From Macrostomum lignano (lineage: Eukaryota): DNA of 64,000 nt. Every line of letters begins with the position of its first letter. Position 1 is the stretch's first letter. Location: assembly GCA_002269645.1 (NCBI GenBank), contig NIVC01000622.1, forward strand, positions 248,001 to 312,000. Direction: 5' to 3'. A program made the translations under genes and the position numbers. Of the stretch, positions 28,755 through 42,367 are shown piece by piece. The notes beneath the pieces are model-generated. The model was not told where the DNA came from, searched no databases, and saw only the letters and a list, made by a program, of their open reading frames with translations.

Positions 28755-31700
28755 ATGGCATCCGCTTATTATCATCCTTGGTCAACTCGAATCGGCAGCC
28801 GCGACTATCCCCAGCAGCAGCAGCAGCAGAGTTTTCACCGTCCGACCGATGGCTCTGAGAGTTCCTCGGGTCCTGCAACACTGGCAACTAACGATCCATA
28901 TGCTGGCTATCGAGCTGGTGAGTTCAAAAAGAGGCCTTATAAATTTGGCCTGTACCTGAATCCTTAGTTTACTGACACCTGAATCCCAGTTTACTGACAC
29001 CTGAATCCTTAGTTTACTGACACCTGAATCCTTAGTTTACTGACACCTGAATCCTTAGTTTACTGACACCTGAATCCTTAGTTTACTGACACCTGAATCC
29101 TTAGTTTACTGACACCTGAATCTCAGTTTACTGACACCTGAATCCCAGTTTACTGACACTTGGATCCTTAGTTTACTGACACCTGAATCCCAGTTTACTG
29201 ACACCTTGATCCTTAGTTTACTGACACCTGACTCCTAGTTTACTGACACCTGAATCCTTAGTTTACTGACACCTGACTCCTTAGTTTACTGACACCTGAA
29301 TCTCAGTTTACTGACACCTGAATCCCAGTTTACTGACACCTGAATCCTTAGTTTACTGACACCTGAATCCCAGTTTACTGACACCTGAATCCTTAGTTTA
29401 CTGACACCTGACTCCTTAGTTTACTGACACCTGAATCCTTAGTTTACTACTGACACCTGACTCCTTAGTTTACTGACACCTGAATCTCAGTTTACTGACA
29501 CCTGAATCCCAGTTTACTGACACCTGAATCCCAGTTTACTGACACCTGAATCCCAGTTTACTGACACCTGAATCCTTAGTTTACTGACACCTGAATCCCA
29601 GTTTACTGACACCTGAATCCCAGTTTACTGACACCTGAATCTTTAGTTTACTGACACCTGAATCTCAGTTTACTGACACCTGAATCCCAGTTTACTGACA
29701 CCTGGATCCTTAGTTCACTGACACCTGAATCCTAGTTTACTGACACCTGAATCCTTAGTTCACTGACACCTGAATCCTAGTTTACTGACACCTGAATACT
29801 TTGTTTACTGACACCTGAATCCTAGTTTACTGACACCTGAATCCTTAGTTTACTGACACTGAATCCTTAGTTTACTGACACCTGAATCCTTAGTTTACTG
29901 ACACCTGAATCCCAGTTTACTGACACCTGAATCCCAGTTTACTGACACCTGAATCCTTAGTTTACTGACACCTGATCCCAGTTTACTGACACCTGAATCC
30001 CAATTTACTGACACCTGAATCCTTAGTTCACTGACACCTGAATCCCAGTTTACTGACACCTGAATCCTTAGTTCACTGACACCTGAATCCCAGTTTACTG
30101 ACACCTGAATCCCAATTTACTGACACCTGAATCCTTAGTTTACTGACACCTGGATCCCAGTTTACTGACACCTGAATCCTTAGTTTACTGACACCTGAAT
30201 CCCAATTTACTGACACCTGAATCCCAGTTCACTGACTCCTGAATCCTTAGTTCACTGACACCTGAATCCCAGTTTACCGACACCTGAATCCCAGTTTACT
30301 GACACCTGAATCCCAGTTTACCGACACCTGAATCCTAGTTTACTGACACCTGAATCCCAGTTTACTGACACCTGAATCCCAGTTTACCGACACCTGAATC
30401 CTAGTTTACTGACACCTGAATCCCAGTTTACTGACACCTGAATCCCAGTTTACTGACACCTGAATCCCAGTTTACTGACACCTGAATCCCAGTTTACTGA
30501 CACCTGAATCCCAGTTTACTGACACCTGAATCCCAGTTTACTGACACCTGAATCCCAGGTTTACTGACACCTGAATCCCAGTTTACTGACACCTGAATCC
30601 CAGTTTACTGACACCTGAATCCCAGTTTACTGACACCTGAATCCCAGTTTACTGACACCTGAATCCCAGTTTACTGACACCTGAATCCCAGTTTACTGAC
30701 ACCTGAATCCCAGTTTACTGACACCTGAATCCTTAGTTTACTGACACCTGAATCCCAGTTTACTGACACCTGAATCCCAGTTTACTGACACCTGAATCCC
30801 AGTTTACTGACACCTGAATCCCAGTTTACTGACACCTGAATCCCAGTTTACTGACACCTGAATCCCAGTTTACTGACACCTGAATCCCAGTTTACTGACA
30901 CCTGAATCCCAGTTTACTGACACCTGAATCCCAGTTTACTGACACCTGAATCCTTAGTTTACTGACACCTGAATCCCAGTTTACTGACACCTGAATCCCA
31001 GTTTACTGACACCTGAATCCTTAGTTTACTGACACCTGAATCCCAGTTTACTGACACCTGAATCCCAGTTTACTGACACCTGAATCCTTAGTTTACTGAC
31101 ACCTGAATCCCAGTTTACTGACAACTGAATCCCAGTTTACTGACACCTGAATCCCAGTTTACTGACACCTGAATCCCAGTTTACTGACACCTGAATCCCA
31201 GTTTACTGACACCTGAATCCCAGTTTACTGACACCTGAATCCCAGTTTACTGACACCTGAATCCCAGTTTACTGACACCTGACATGAATCCAGTTTACTG
31301 ACACCTGAATCCTTTAGTTTTTTTTCAGTTGAAACGGTCGTCCAGATCTCTGACAAAATCTCATCGAACGAAACCAGCAGGTCAACACGAGCAGCACCCA
31401 ACATGGCCAAGCCATTGCGCGCTGCCCACAACTCCAGACTCAACCATCATAGACCAGCTTCATCAACAGCAACAGCCCCAGCAACAGCATCATCAGCACT
31501 ACCAGCTGCACCAGACTCCAACTGCAGTTCATCCGTACCAGGCATGGACTGCAGGGGCCTACCAGCAGTGCGGGTCCGCAGCCGTCTTCCCGCCCGACTG
31601 TGAGCTGCACAGACACCCATGTTTTGCAGTCTTTCTATCTCTCACCATTCTATCTCTCACCATTCTATCTCTCACCATTCTATCTCTCACCATTCTATCT

Positions 31701-34176
31701 CTCACCATTCTATCTCTCACTATTCTATCTCTCACCATTTCTTACTCTCACCATTTTATCTCTCACCATTCTATCTCTCACCATTCTATCTCTCACCATT
31801 CTATCTCTCACTATTCTATCTCTCACCATTTCTTACTCTCACCATTTTATCTCTCACCATTTTATCTCTCACCATTCTATCTCTCACCATTCTATCTCTC
31901 ACCATTCTATCTCTCACCATTCTATCTCTCACCATTCTATCTCTCACCATTCTATCTCTCACCATTCTATCTCTCACTATTCTATCTCTCACCATTTCTT
32001 ACTCTCACTATTCTATCTCTCACCATTTCTTACTCTCACCATTCTATCTCTCACCATTCTATCTCTCACCATTCTATCTCTCACCATTCTATCTCTCACC
32101 ATTCTATCTCTCACCATTCTATCTCTCACCATTCTATCTCTCACCATTCTATCTCTCACCATTCTATCTCTCACCATTCTATCTCTCACCATTTCTTACT
32201 CTCACCATTTTATCTCTCACCATTCTATCTCTCACCATTCTATCTCTCACCATTTCTATCTCTCACCATTTCTATCTCTCACCATTTCCATCTTTCTCAC
32301 TCTCTCCATCTCTCCTACTACATTTCTCTACCTTTCTGTACTCTTCATAACCCCTTTAACATGAAAAACGTATCAAAGTTTCCACACCCTCAACACCGCA
32401 GGGTACAGCAGCATCTGCAGCCCAGCAGCAGGTCACCAGGTGGCTTCATCAACGAGTCACTGCTCCGCCACTGCTGCCGCTGCCGCCGTAGCGGCCGCAG
32501 CTGCTTCAACCAGACAACAACCAGAGTGCGCCTCTTGCGGCTCCCTGATCCCATTTCCCATGGCAACCGCCCAGAGACTGCGCTGCAGAGAGCAACAGCA
32601 ACAGCGACTTCACCCAGACAGTCCTTCAACCAGCTCTGCTGAGCACTTCCTCTGCTCCAACTGCTCACTGTACGCTGCTGGTGGCGGCGCTTCTCAACCA
32701 ATGATGCAATTTCCGCATCCTGTGCCTCATCAGCAGCATCAGCAGCAGCTGTACCAGCAGCCTCATCATCAACCACAGCCACATCATCAGTTTCAATCCA
32801 GCCATCTTCAACATTCAAAAGCGATTAAAATGGAGGCCCGTTCGAACTCCAGCGCGACAACTGCGAATTTGCCTGGCAACCAAAATTCGAATCAGTCCAC
32901 GAGGAGACACGTGAGTTGAGTTGATTTGCTGAAGAAATTCTCTGCCCAGGTGTCATCGGGGCCGTTCCACATTCATGTTAGTAGTGCTTTTCGAGCATGG
33001 ACAGAAAAAAGCTGAAAATCCCCTTCTGAAAATACCCCTTCTGAAAATACCCCTTCTGAAAATACCCCTTCTAAAAATACCCCTTCTGAAAATACCCCTT
33101 CTGAAAATACCCCTTCTGAAAATACCCCTTCTGAAAATACCTCTTCTGAAAATACCCCTTCTGAAAATACCTCTTCTGAAAATACCTCTTCTGAAAATAC
33201 CCATTCTAAAAATACCCCTTCTGAAAATACCCCTTCTGAAAATACCTCTTCTGAAAATACCCCTTCTGAAAATACCTCTTCTGAAAATACCCATTCTGAA
33301 AATACCCCTCTCTGAAAATACCCCTTCTAAAAATACCCCTTCTGAAAATACCCATTCTAAAAATACCCCTTTCTGAAAATACCCCTTCTGAAAATACCCC
33401 TTCTGAAAATACCCATTCTACAAATACCCCTTCTGAAAATACCCCTTCTGAAAATACCCCTTCTGAAAATACCCCTTATGAAAATTCCATCTCCAGCTAT
33501 CCAGGCGGGTCGGCACCGTGTGCTCAAACTGCCAGACAGCTCAATCAACTCTCTGGCGCCGCAGCCCCCACGGTCTCACCGTCTGCAACGCCTGCGGCCT
33601 TTACGAGAAGCTGCACGGGGTAAGCGGGCTGGGACTCGTTGAGGGGATCGGAGAACTCTGATTTATGGGAAAATACCTCACATTCACATCAACTCACACT
33701 ATCGTCTTGCTTCATACAGACTCCTCGCCCAGCATCGCTAAAGAAAGACGTCATTCAGACCAGAAAGCGAAAGTCAAAGAAGGTCAAATCGATTGCCAAA
33801 ACTAACGGATTAGTGACAGGTGAGAACATTGCCATGTGATTGCTTCACTGTTCAATGGCTTCATCCCTACCTGCTCAAACCCTTCCCTACTCCAACCCTT
33901 CCCTGCTTAAACCCTTCCCTGCTCCAACCCTTCCCTGCTCAAACCCTTCCCTGCTCCAACCCTTCCCTGCTCCAACCCTTCCCTGCTCAAACCCTTCAAC
34001 CCCTCTCTCACTCAACCCTCCTCCACTCAAACCCTCCAAAAATCTCTCCAAAATTTGCAGAGCCAACAAAATCGTCTCCAACCCAGGCCGTTGGCTGCAG
34101 TTTTGCCCCGCCGATCCTGACGCCAAATGGTTTCTCCCCGGACTCAAAGCTCTTCCACACTGAGAAGTTTGCCTAA
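28755..34176 (+). CDS. GATA4/5/6: GATA4/5/6-type zinc-finger transcription factor, 6 exons (28755-28917, about 31329/31378-31599, 32402-32910, 33497-33619, 33720-33819, 34061-34176)
   Basis: C-finger [41 protein letters not shown] (C-x2-C-x17-C-x2-C) followed by [28 protein letters not shown] and TRKRK are GATA456-type. GT-AG junctions and phases are consistent except for the exon 2 acceptor. Confidence 0.88.
28965..31318. repeat. 22-23 bp minisatellite (GTTTACTGACACCTGAATCCCA/TTA), about 100 copies, GATA intron 1
   Basis: Head-to-tail copies with no spacers. Confidence 0.98.
31633..32290. repeat. 15-bp minisatellite (TCTCACCATTCTATC), GATA intron 2
   Basis: Direct inspection. Confidence 0.97.
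33017..33482. repeat. 15-bp minisatellite (AAAATACCCCTTCTG), GATA intron 3
   Basis: Direct inspection. Confidence 0.97.
33855..34035. repeat. 16-bp minisatellite (ACCCTTCCCTGCTCCA), GATA intron 5
   Basis: Direct inspection. Confidence 0.9.
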
Positions 34177-34671
34177 CTGTCTCCTTAACTGCAGCTTGAA
34201 CATGTGTTTTCTGTAACTATAATTTCGATACATGTCGGTGCATCATTGCTTTGATGTCTTCTTCTACGCAATCTAATTTTACAAGCGTAAATAATTGGTT
34301 ACTCATAAATCTTAACTGGGTTTCAATCAACCGAACACGTCAGTGAATGAAATGTAACATAAATTTATTTTCCAAGTTTGTCTACTCGTGCTGATTATTG
34401 TGTCAAAGTCATTTTCTAATAGTCATACTAGTCTTGTAAATTATTTAACTAACATTTTTTCAAAGCGCATGCTTATGTATAAAAATAAAAATATGTGTAC
34501 CTGTATTTATCGCGCAGTTACCAACATGCACCCTGCAATAAATACTACTGTTTAATTAAGTAGCTGAGTGAGAAACTTTACAGCCATTTTGTAACAACTT
34601 TACAATCTGATTTTACGCGCTGATGACCTGCGGATCCATGAGAATAGCGATAGGCTAGCAACTGGGAATCT

Positions 34672-35432
34672 AAGAGGCTGGCCCAGCAACTGAGGATCTG
34701 GGAGGCTGGCCCAGCAACTGAGGATCTGGGAGGCTGGCCCAGCAACTGAGGATCTGGGAGGCTGGCCCAGCAACTGACGATCTGGGAGGCTGGCCCAGCA
34801 ACTGACGATCTGGGAGGCTGGCCCAGCAACTGACGATCTGGGAGGCTGGTCCAGCAACTGAGGATCTGGGAGGCTGGCCCAGCAACTGACGATCTGGGAG
34901 GCTGGCCCAGCAACTGACGATCTGGGAGGCTGGCCCAGCAACTGACGATCTGGGAGGCTGGTCCAGCAACTGAGGATCTGGGAGGCTGGCCCAGCAACTG
35001 AGGATCTGAGAGGCTGGCTAGCCCAGCAACTGACGATCTGGGAGGCTGGCCCAGCAACTGACGATCTGGGAGGCTGGCCCAGCAACTGACGATCTGGGAG
35101 GCTGGCCCAGCAACTGAGGATCTGGGAGGCTGGCCCAGCAACTGAGGATGTGGGAGGCTGGCCCAGCAACTGAGGATGTGGGAGGCTGGCCCAGCAACTG
35201 AGGATCTGGGAGGCTGGCTAGCCCAGCAACTGAACATCTGGGAGGCTGGCCTAATGACTGAGGATCTGGGAGGCTGGCCCTGCAACTGAGGATCTGGGAG
35301 GCTGGCCCAGCAACTGAGGATCTGGGAGGCTGGCTAGCCCAGCAACTGAACATCTGGGAGGCTGGCCCTGCAACTGAGGATCTGGGAGGCTGGCCCAGCA
35401 ACTGAGGATCTGGGAGGCTGGCCCAGCAACTG
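34672..35432. repeat. 28-bp GC-rich minisatellite (GATCTGGGAGGCTGGCCCAGCAACTGAG)
   Basis: About 27 tandem copies. Confidence 0.97.
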
Positions 35433-36043
35433 ATGCATGCGGAGGCAGCTTATCTTCGATTTGCAACGGGTAATTTTTCCCAAAAAAATTTCCCAGCCTT
35501 CTGAGTGCCCGACAAGCTGTCAGACTTTTTTGCTTCACACGCTAAATTCTCAATATGATTCCACAGCTGCGCAGAACTTTGTTTGTCGAAAGTGAAGGAT
35601 TTTTATCCAGATTTGCAGCTGCTCAACTTCCCATTTCATATTGCAATTAGCTCAGAAACTGCCAGCTTTTGCTTTTTCTCGCGAACTGGGGATGCTAAAA
35701 AGCTTGATTAGCTGGTATGAGTTGCCCCTAAAGTGGATCAGGCGACAAGCAAGTGAAATTGGAACAAAACGTGAGTGAGATGAGAGTAGAATTCGGGTGA
35801 GAATGGAGTAAGACCTGCGTAAGATTGGAGTAAACATGAGTGAGATTGAAGTGAGTCCAGATCGAAGTTGGGTAGAGTTAGGTGAGATTGTGACATAAGT
35901 GAGATTAGAGTGAGACAGGAGTTAGATTGATTTTTTGGCTATTCGATCTTATCCGCACATGCAGCTCATATTATGATCGTTAAGATCGTACTCATGCTGA
36001 GACAAGAAATATCTTTCTTGTTGATTGTTACGATATTCATGAG

Positions 36044-36420
36044 AGCTGTAGCCAAGTGGTCTACGTAGTGCGGTGCTCTGATGTGCCAGCGACCCAGGCT
36101 CGATTCCAAGTGCAGTCGCATTAATTTGGGGCTAAAGTGGAATCTCGGCTTGGCTCTGCTCGTGCAATTAACGACCTTGAGGCCCAACCCCAAGGTGCAG
36201 TGAAGTGTACATGCTTAACGATAAATAAAGTTAGGGCCGCTTTGCATTCCTGTGTGAGTGTGAGCCTGTGTGTGTGTGACTGCGTACGTATCCGCACGCT
36301 TGTGTGCCTGCTCAGGGGAGTCGGCGGAATGGGTAGTGTGACAATGTCGCTTAAAGTGCACCAGGGTTCGCACAGACCCCTCTGCCTCTGATAGAAAGAT
36401 CTCACAAGATTCGGTGTGAC
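36044..36420 (+). mobile_element. tRNA-derived SINE, near full length
   Basis: A-box TAGCCAAGTGG and B-box GGCTCGATTCC, followed by a non-tRNA body. Homologous copies elsewhere in the window. Confidence 0.8.
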
Positions 36421-36994
36421 CGAAAATACACCTAAGCCCAGGCCAGTCTGCATTCCTGTGCTACCATTCGTGCCCCTAGTTAATGATGCAGTCATTTTTT
36501 TGTAACTTTTAAGGAGCAGATTAAAAGTACTTTTCCGAGGTCCGCATCGTTTCCTCGCAGATTCCAACCGGAGTGCTTCTTACAACATTTGCAGTCAGCA
36601 ACTTGAACTGGCAAACATTCAACAACCAGATGACAACAGCAAAGGGTTGCAGCTTAGAGGAAAATATGATATGGGAGCCTTCTGCAGGTGTTTCAGTATC
36701 AGTTTAGGTTTTAGCAAACATGGAGCATTCTCCCGGCTTTCACTTGGTCAAATGTGTTTAGCTAATATTTAACGTTTTGTTGAAAAGATTTCAAGAATTT
36801 TCAGCTTTCGCTAGCAAGAATTATAACTATTTGTTGCTAATAAGGCGAATGCGACTCAGGTTGATTGCTGGATGTGTGCTTTGTAATTGTTGGCAGTACC
36901 TCACCTGGAGTGCCGAATTCCAAATGAATCGAGTATGCTAGACAGGCTAGCAGGTGTATTTTGTTAAATTGAGGTCACTTTTTATCAACATCGA

Positions 36995-37473
36995 ATTTCG
37001 TAAGATCTTTCTATCAGAGACAGGGGGTCTGTTTGAACCCTGGCGCACTTTAAGCGACATTGTCACACTACCCATTCCCAGAGTCATACGCACAGGCACA
37101 CTCGCACAGGAGTGTACAGCGGCCCTAACTTTAATTTATCGTTAGGCATGTACACTTTAAGTCCCGTGCCTTGGGGGTTGGCCCATAGCTGCTGGCGACA
37201 CTGGGGGACCTCCCTGGGCGGCGCCAACCCTTCGTCCATAGCGACGCGTCGGCCGTTCAGGGATTAGCGGAATGGGCGTTCGCACCTTCCCGCTGTGTCC
37301 CCCCGGGACAGCCCTGCAGCTAAGTCAAGTAAGTCAAGGGGATTGGCCCTCAAGGGCGTTGATTGCACGAGCAGAGCCAAGCCGAGATTTTAATTTAGCA
37401 CTTGGAATCGAGCCTTGGCCACTGACATATCAGAGCTACTTTGGGCTACGACGTGCCACTAGGCTACGACGCC
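36995..37473 (-). mobile_element. tRNA-derived SINE copy (inverted relative to 36044) interrupted by a short LINE 3' fragment at about 37187-37338
   Basis: Reverse complement gives A-box TAGCCTAGTGG, B-box GGCTCGATTCC and the same body. The insert ends in the tail AAGTCAAGTAAGTCAAG, with target duplication GGGGTTGGCCC / GGGATTGGCCC. Confidence 0.8.
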
Positions 37474-37731
37474 TTCTCCTGAATAGGGTTCTGCAATAGG
37501 CAACTTCGGTGGAGAAAATCCGCACAAGGAAATAATCCACTAAAGAGACACTAAAGAGAATTTCCTTTGAGCTTTGCTATAGCTTTTCTGTCTCTGGTAG
37601 AATATTGTGGGGTAAAATGACTTGTTTAACAATACATTTAGCAGCGAACGCCGCTCTTTAAAGCGAAATTTTATCGGCAATTGTAATTCAGTTAATTCAG
37701 CCGCAGTTGCTATGAAGTGCCTCGCGCGCGA

Positions 37732-38560
37732 TCAGCCACGCTGGTAGAGAGTCCAGTCAGGTCCGGTCAGGCTGGCTGGCGGGTAGACGAACGCCAGCAG
37801 GTGGCAGGCGAGCAGCCGCTTGGAGAAAACGGCGGCCTGGCAGTCGGCTCTGGCGCTGCACTGGAGCAGGCAGTCGGCGTCAGACTGGGCAGCGGCGGGC
37901 CAGACGGAAGTCGATTCGGATGTCACCGGAGGGCTGGACTGTCGCACCACCGTGTAGGTGTTCCTGTCTGACACTGTTTAATTTGAAGTCAGAATTTGTT
38001 TAGCATTTTGATAGTTCTGTACCCAGCAACTGCCAACCCGCTATCTGATGATGTCATTGGTGATTTTGATGCTAGACTTCATAGACTCTATTCCGTAAAT
38101 TGATATTGACATTTTGATGATTCTTTGATAGATTTGATGATTTGAGCAACTTACCGAGATATGTCAGAGCAAACACCGAGTTTCGCCGCGACCCGCCGCA
38201 ATTCTGCAGCGTATTTCCTGGACACGAGTAGTGGCAGTCGGTCTTGTTGGCTTTACCATAGGAACCGAACGAGTTGCCGCAAAAGCACTGTCTGCGGCTC
38301 TGCAGGCCGAAGTACGCAAAGCTGCCTAACGAGCAGATGCCGCTGCAAAACTCGTGCGTTGTCTCACTACCGGTTTGCACGAAGCCGTCAGCAGCCACGC
38401 TAAATTCGCCGAACGTGCAGCTGGCGTTGAGACCGTTCAAATCTCTAGCACTGATTCTGTCCACATAGCAGCCCAGGTAAGAAAATTGAACGGATCTGCC
38501 AGCAACGTTGGTGGTGAGAAGAGCGGCAAAGAAAATAAGTGGCAGTTTCGGGCGAACCAT
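37732..38560 (-). CDS. Secreted WSC + PAN/apple-like protein, copy 1 (exons 38560-38155 and about 37973-37732)
   Basis: Hydrophobic leader; WSC motifs YLGCYVD...RDL...FC...C...YFGLQ...CFCGN...C...C.G....CGG..RNSVF; phase-1 intron; exon 2 with C-x3-C-x5-C...C.LL. Confidence 0.85.
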
Positions 38561-39559
38561 ATCTCTGAACACTGGGTGATTTGGTGATTAGAAGGTATCT
38601 TAGGGAAGTTGACATGTGCAGCTCACAGTTTTTTTGGTCCTACATTTGCTTCTTTGGATCCAATAGTATTGAGTCAATTTTTCACAATGGCAAATTTCTT
38701 TCAACCAATAGAGGTTTAAGAGAACTTTCTCATTGGCCATATTTGATACGAAGAAATTTACTTATGTAGTGAGCCAATAGATTAGCCTGCTAGGTGAATC
38801 GGTAGTTGAACTCAAATTTGTGCGAAAATATGTTATTAGTGACGAAACGTAACAGGAAAACAACAAACAAACGACGAAGGAGGAGTTAAAATGAGTCTAA
38901 TAGCTTTAGTCACTTGGACGACAGTGTCCGACAGTTATATTTACAGCTAATAGTACTCAATACAATACATGATGTTGCCAAACACATAATTTTGATATAC
39001 TTACATGTATACCATAAAAATTCGAAATGCGACTCATCCCTTTTAAATATCTCGTCCAGGGCCCCCTAGTTCGATTGGATGATCAATAAGTACTGATCAA
39101 GAAGAGTTTGTTTGTTTGCTTGCACTTGTTGAGCAGCTTCTTTTTGAGCATGCAAAGGTTCGAAGCCTTAAACTATCTGTCCGCTTTTTCCCTCTCATTG
39201 ATTGTTCTCGGCTTTAAAAGGGAGTTTTTTACCTATTTATAACGTAAAATGATTCCCGTGACAGCCTTTCGCCATTTTCCGTGTCCTTTTTCAAACGCAG
39301 TAAGAATGTTTCACAGGAGTTATTACCTAAAACTACTTCCGGTGAAGCTCCTCAGACTATAAGTACGGACTCCCATAGGCTTGTTTCGGTCAGGCGCTTA
39401 ATCCGAGCAACACCTTTCGTTCTGACTAAGCTTCCATTTGATCCACTGTTGATCTGCACACTTCTGAAAAATTCTGCTTAGAAACTAAAAAAAACATTTG
39501 CTCCCAACGCCGTTGTCACCACTCGGATCAACCAGTGGGTGGCTTCAAAGCACAGGGAG

Positions 39560-40020
39560 AGGTAGACTAACGCGCCCGACTGCCGGCAATTCCGCGCGGC
39601 TTTTCCCTGTCCTTCATCCGCCCTGCGCAAGGCCCTGCTTGGACTCAACCGCAGGGACATCGGGGTGGTGACCATGGCCCTCTTGGGCATGCCAGGCATC
39701 GTTACCTCCAGGGAAAAATCCATAGCGAGAAATTCCCCTCTGCCTCTTCAGTGTCGACAATGAGGAGCACTTTATCTGTAAATGTCCCGTCTCTACTCAG
39801 GACAGGCTCACCTACCTCGGCTCAAACTCGGATCTCTCAGACGTTTTCAGGCCCGAGAATCTCTGCCAGCTCGTCCGCTACCTAAGGGCTACCGGGCGAG
39901 CGACTATCCATCTCCTGGACTCTCCGGAGGGGGACCGCGCTGCAGACACCGGCACCACCGGATCTCCCTGCGCGACACCGCAGCACCAGCTGCCTGTGGT
40001 CGCCAGGGGTTAGCGAAATG
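39560..40020 (+). mobile_element. Decayed 3' fragment of a LOA-like LINE
   Basis: Strongly similar to 63235-63660 but carrying indels. Confidence 0.8.
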
Positions 40021-40574
40021 GACGGCAACGCCTTCTTTCTGCATCCGGTAACTGCACGGTCAGCGGACTTTCACAGGTCCAACAGACCTGAAGGAACTGG
40101 TGGCAGGGCCAAACTGCCCGATGCTACACCCCAAGCTTGAGCTTAGAACGAACTCATGAACAGGAGGTTGAGTTAGACGCAGAGCATCACGCTTATAATT
40201 AGCCAATATTTTAAAAAGACACTACTAACTACGCGTAGTGCCTTAAATGCGAGCGTAAAATAACGAAAAACACAACATAAAAATTTCTTAAATTCATAAA
40301 CTTTGATTATATACCCACTTTCAGTGATCTTTGTCCTCATTATTAATCATCCGGATCGTTTGATAGCAGAGCAATGAACTGACTACTGACTAACAACGAC
40401 CATTGCTACTGTGACTGCTAAAGTAGTAAGTGCTGATCATACTTCAAATAGGTTTCATTTTCAAGATCCTGTGATGCCATGCACTTTGTAACTCAGAGTT
40501 TATTTTAGCAACATTATTGTCCAAAGTTAGTTCGAATGTCTAAAACTCAAGCTCAAAACTCTAACATGAGGCCA

Positions 40575-41309
40575 TCAGGCGCGGGGGAAGAACTCCCCAG
40601 TCACGTTCGCCAGAGATGGCGGCACTCCAGCGAACGGCAGCAGGTAGCACAGGCGCTGATGCTGCGAGAACACCACAGCCTGACATTCGTCGGTTGAGGT
40701 GCACTCAATCAGGCAGGTGACCAGCTGCTCAGATTTAATGCTGCGGTAAGCTGGTCGGGGGAAAGAATCTCCGACAGTGAAGCTGGCGCGATCCACAGGG
40801 ATGTTGAAGCTTTTCATTGCTGAAAATTGATAGGAGCCATGACTTTTGTGCAGTGTTCTGGTAGTATTTAAAAAAATAAAGAGTCACTCACACAAATACG
40901 TCTGAGAGTAGACAGAGTTTCGATTTCGACTGCCGCAGATCTCGCTTGGTTGACCGGCGCAGGTCATTTTGCATTCGGCTTGGTTGGCCGCTCCTTGGGA
41001 GCCGTACGACAGCCCGCAGTAGCACTCCTTGCCGAACTGCAGGCCGAAGTACGGGAAGCCGCCCAGAGAGCAGATGTGGCTGCACAGCTCCAGCGTCATG
41101 GACATCAAGGAGACGCAGCCGATGGAGAGCATGGAGAACTCGGCCAGGCTCTGCACTCCCCGCAGTCCGTGAAGGTCCCTAGTATCGTTCGTCGCGTCCA
41201 CGTAGCATCCGCGATACTCAAAACGGGCGAGTCTCCCAGTAGCGCCCAGAAGCAAGAGGCTCAGGAACAGTGCCACAAAGATCAGTTGCCAGTTTCTCAA
41301 TGCCTTCAT
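40575..41309 (-). CDS. Secreted WSC + PAN/apple-like protein, copy 2 (exons 41309-40892 and 40819-40575)
   Basis: MKALRNWQLIFVALFLSLLLLGATG leader; YRGCYVD...LCSHIC...YFGLQFGKECYCG; phase-1 GT-AG intron; CLIECTSTDECQAVVFSQHQRLCYLL. Confidence 0.87.
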
Positions 41310-42367
41310 GGTCTCCAGTGACAAGCAGCAGCGCTGAGTTTTGTGCTGTTTTTCCGGAAAAGCTTCTGTCAAATCAGCTCGGCTATGATCAAGCGAATTT
41401 ATCCCCAAAAGCCGAATGAGTGAAGTGCAGGACACGGTAAACAATTCAAGCTAACTGGCTGAGTTTGTGAAAGGCGATGGATGGATAGAAAATTGCGATA
41501 ATGAAAAGCAAATAGTTCCAATCAACTCAACCTGACGTACATGCTAATGAAAGACTGATTAAAATATCTGCTGTATATTTGTAGTTGAGTGGCCTAAAAG
41601 CCAGAGTTGTGCAACCCACTCTATCAGCTCGAATGCTTGCTTCACACGTGTGTCAATAAATTCTCATGTGCCAGGACCTGATGCTAATGAATATTAAGTG
41701 TGGCAGTCATCGCACTTAACTGATGTACAGAAAAAAATAATGTTGTACGATCCCCGATTCGCCTAAAAGCAAATTTGAATGAAAGGTCGCTTAATTTGCA
41801 CGAGTAAGTATAAAATGGGCCTCGAGTATTCAGACTATGAAGTCGCCGATGGGACACAGAGAAGCATGTCCCACCCCAGTAAAAGCTGTGGGGGTCATGC
41901 TAATACTTTATTGACCGAAAACAACCTCTTAAACTAACACAGCCTAACGGAAATCTAACAACATTTTAGCACGGGGAGCCAAAAGCATCAAAGAAGTATT
42001 GAACGCTGTAGCAATCTGGCCTATAATGTATGATGCGGCAGCGGTAGGCCGGACTGAGGTTCTTGAAGGCGTCACTGAAGTCACTCAACAATCGGACTGC
42101 TTCACCGCTATGAGGGTGCTTCTGTATGAGACTGTTTTTTTACCTGTAGTGGTGAGGTTCAATAGGTCATTCATTGTAGTTACTGTAGTTAGTTGACTTT
42201 ACATGTGTATTTAGCCAAAGGTCAACTTGGTCAAAACGCGTCAGTTACTTGATCTATATCAGTTGTCGGATTTTATTTGTAGTGTCAAAAGAATACACGT
42301 TTAAGTGAGTTTTAGAGACATCATGACGCTGTAAAATGTAGCTGGGATTATACGGATATGGTTGCAC

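Noticed and set aside
28965-31318. CRISPR-like appearance of the long 22-23 bp array (also 34672-35432 and 1277-1692)
   Set aside because: Units are head-to-tail with no unique spacers, there are no cas genes, and the context is a eukaryotic intron.
36044-36118. tRNA gene
   Set aside because: It has A and B boxes but no proper cloverleaf or acceptor stem, and it continues into a repeated non-tRNA body, so it is a SINE head.
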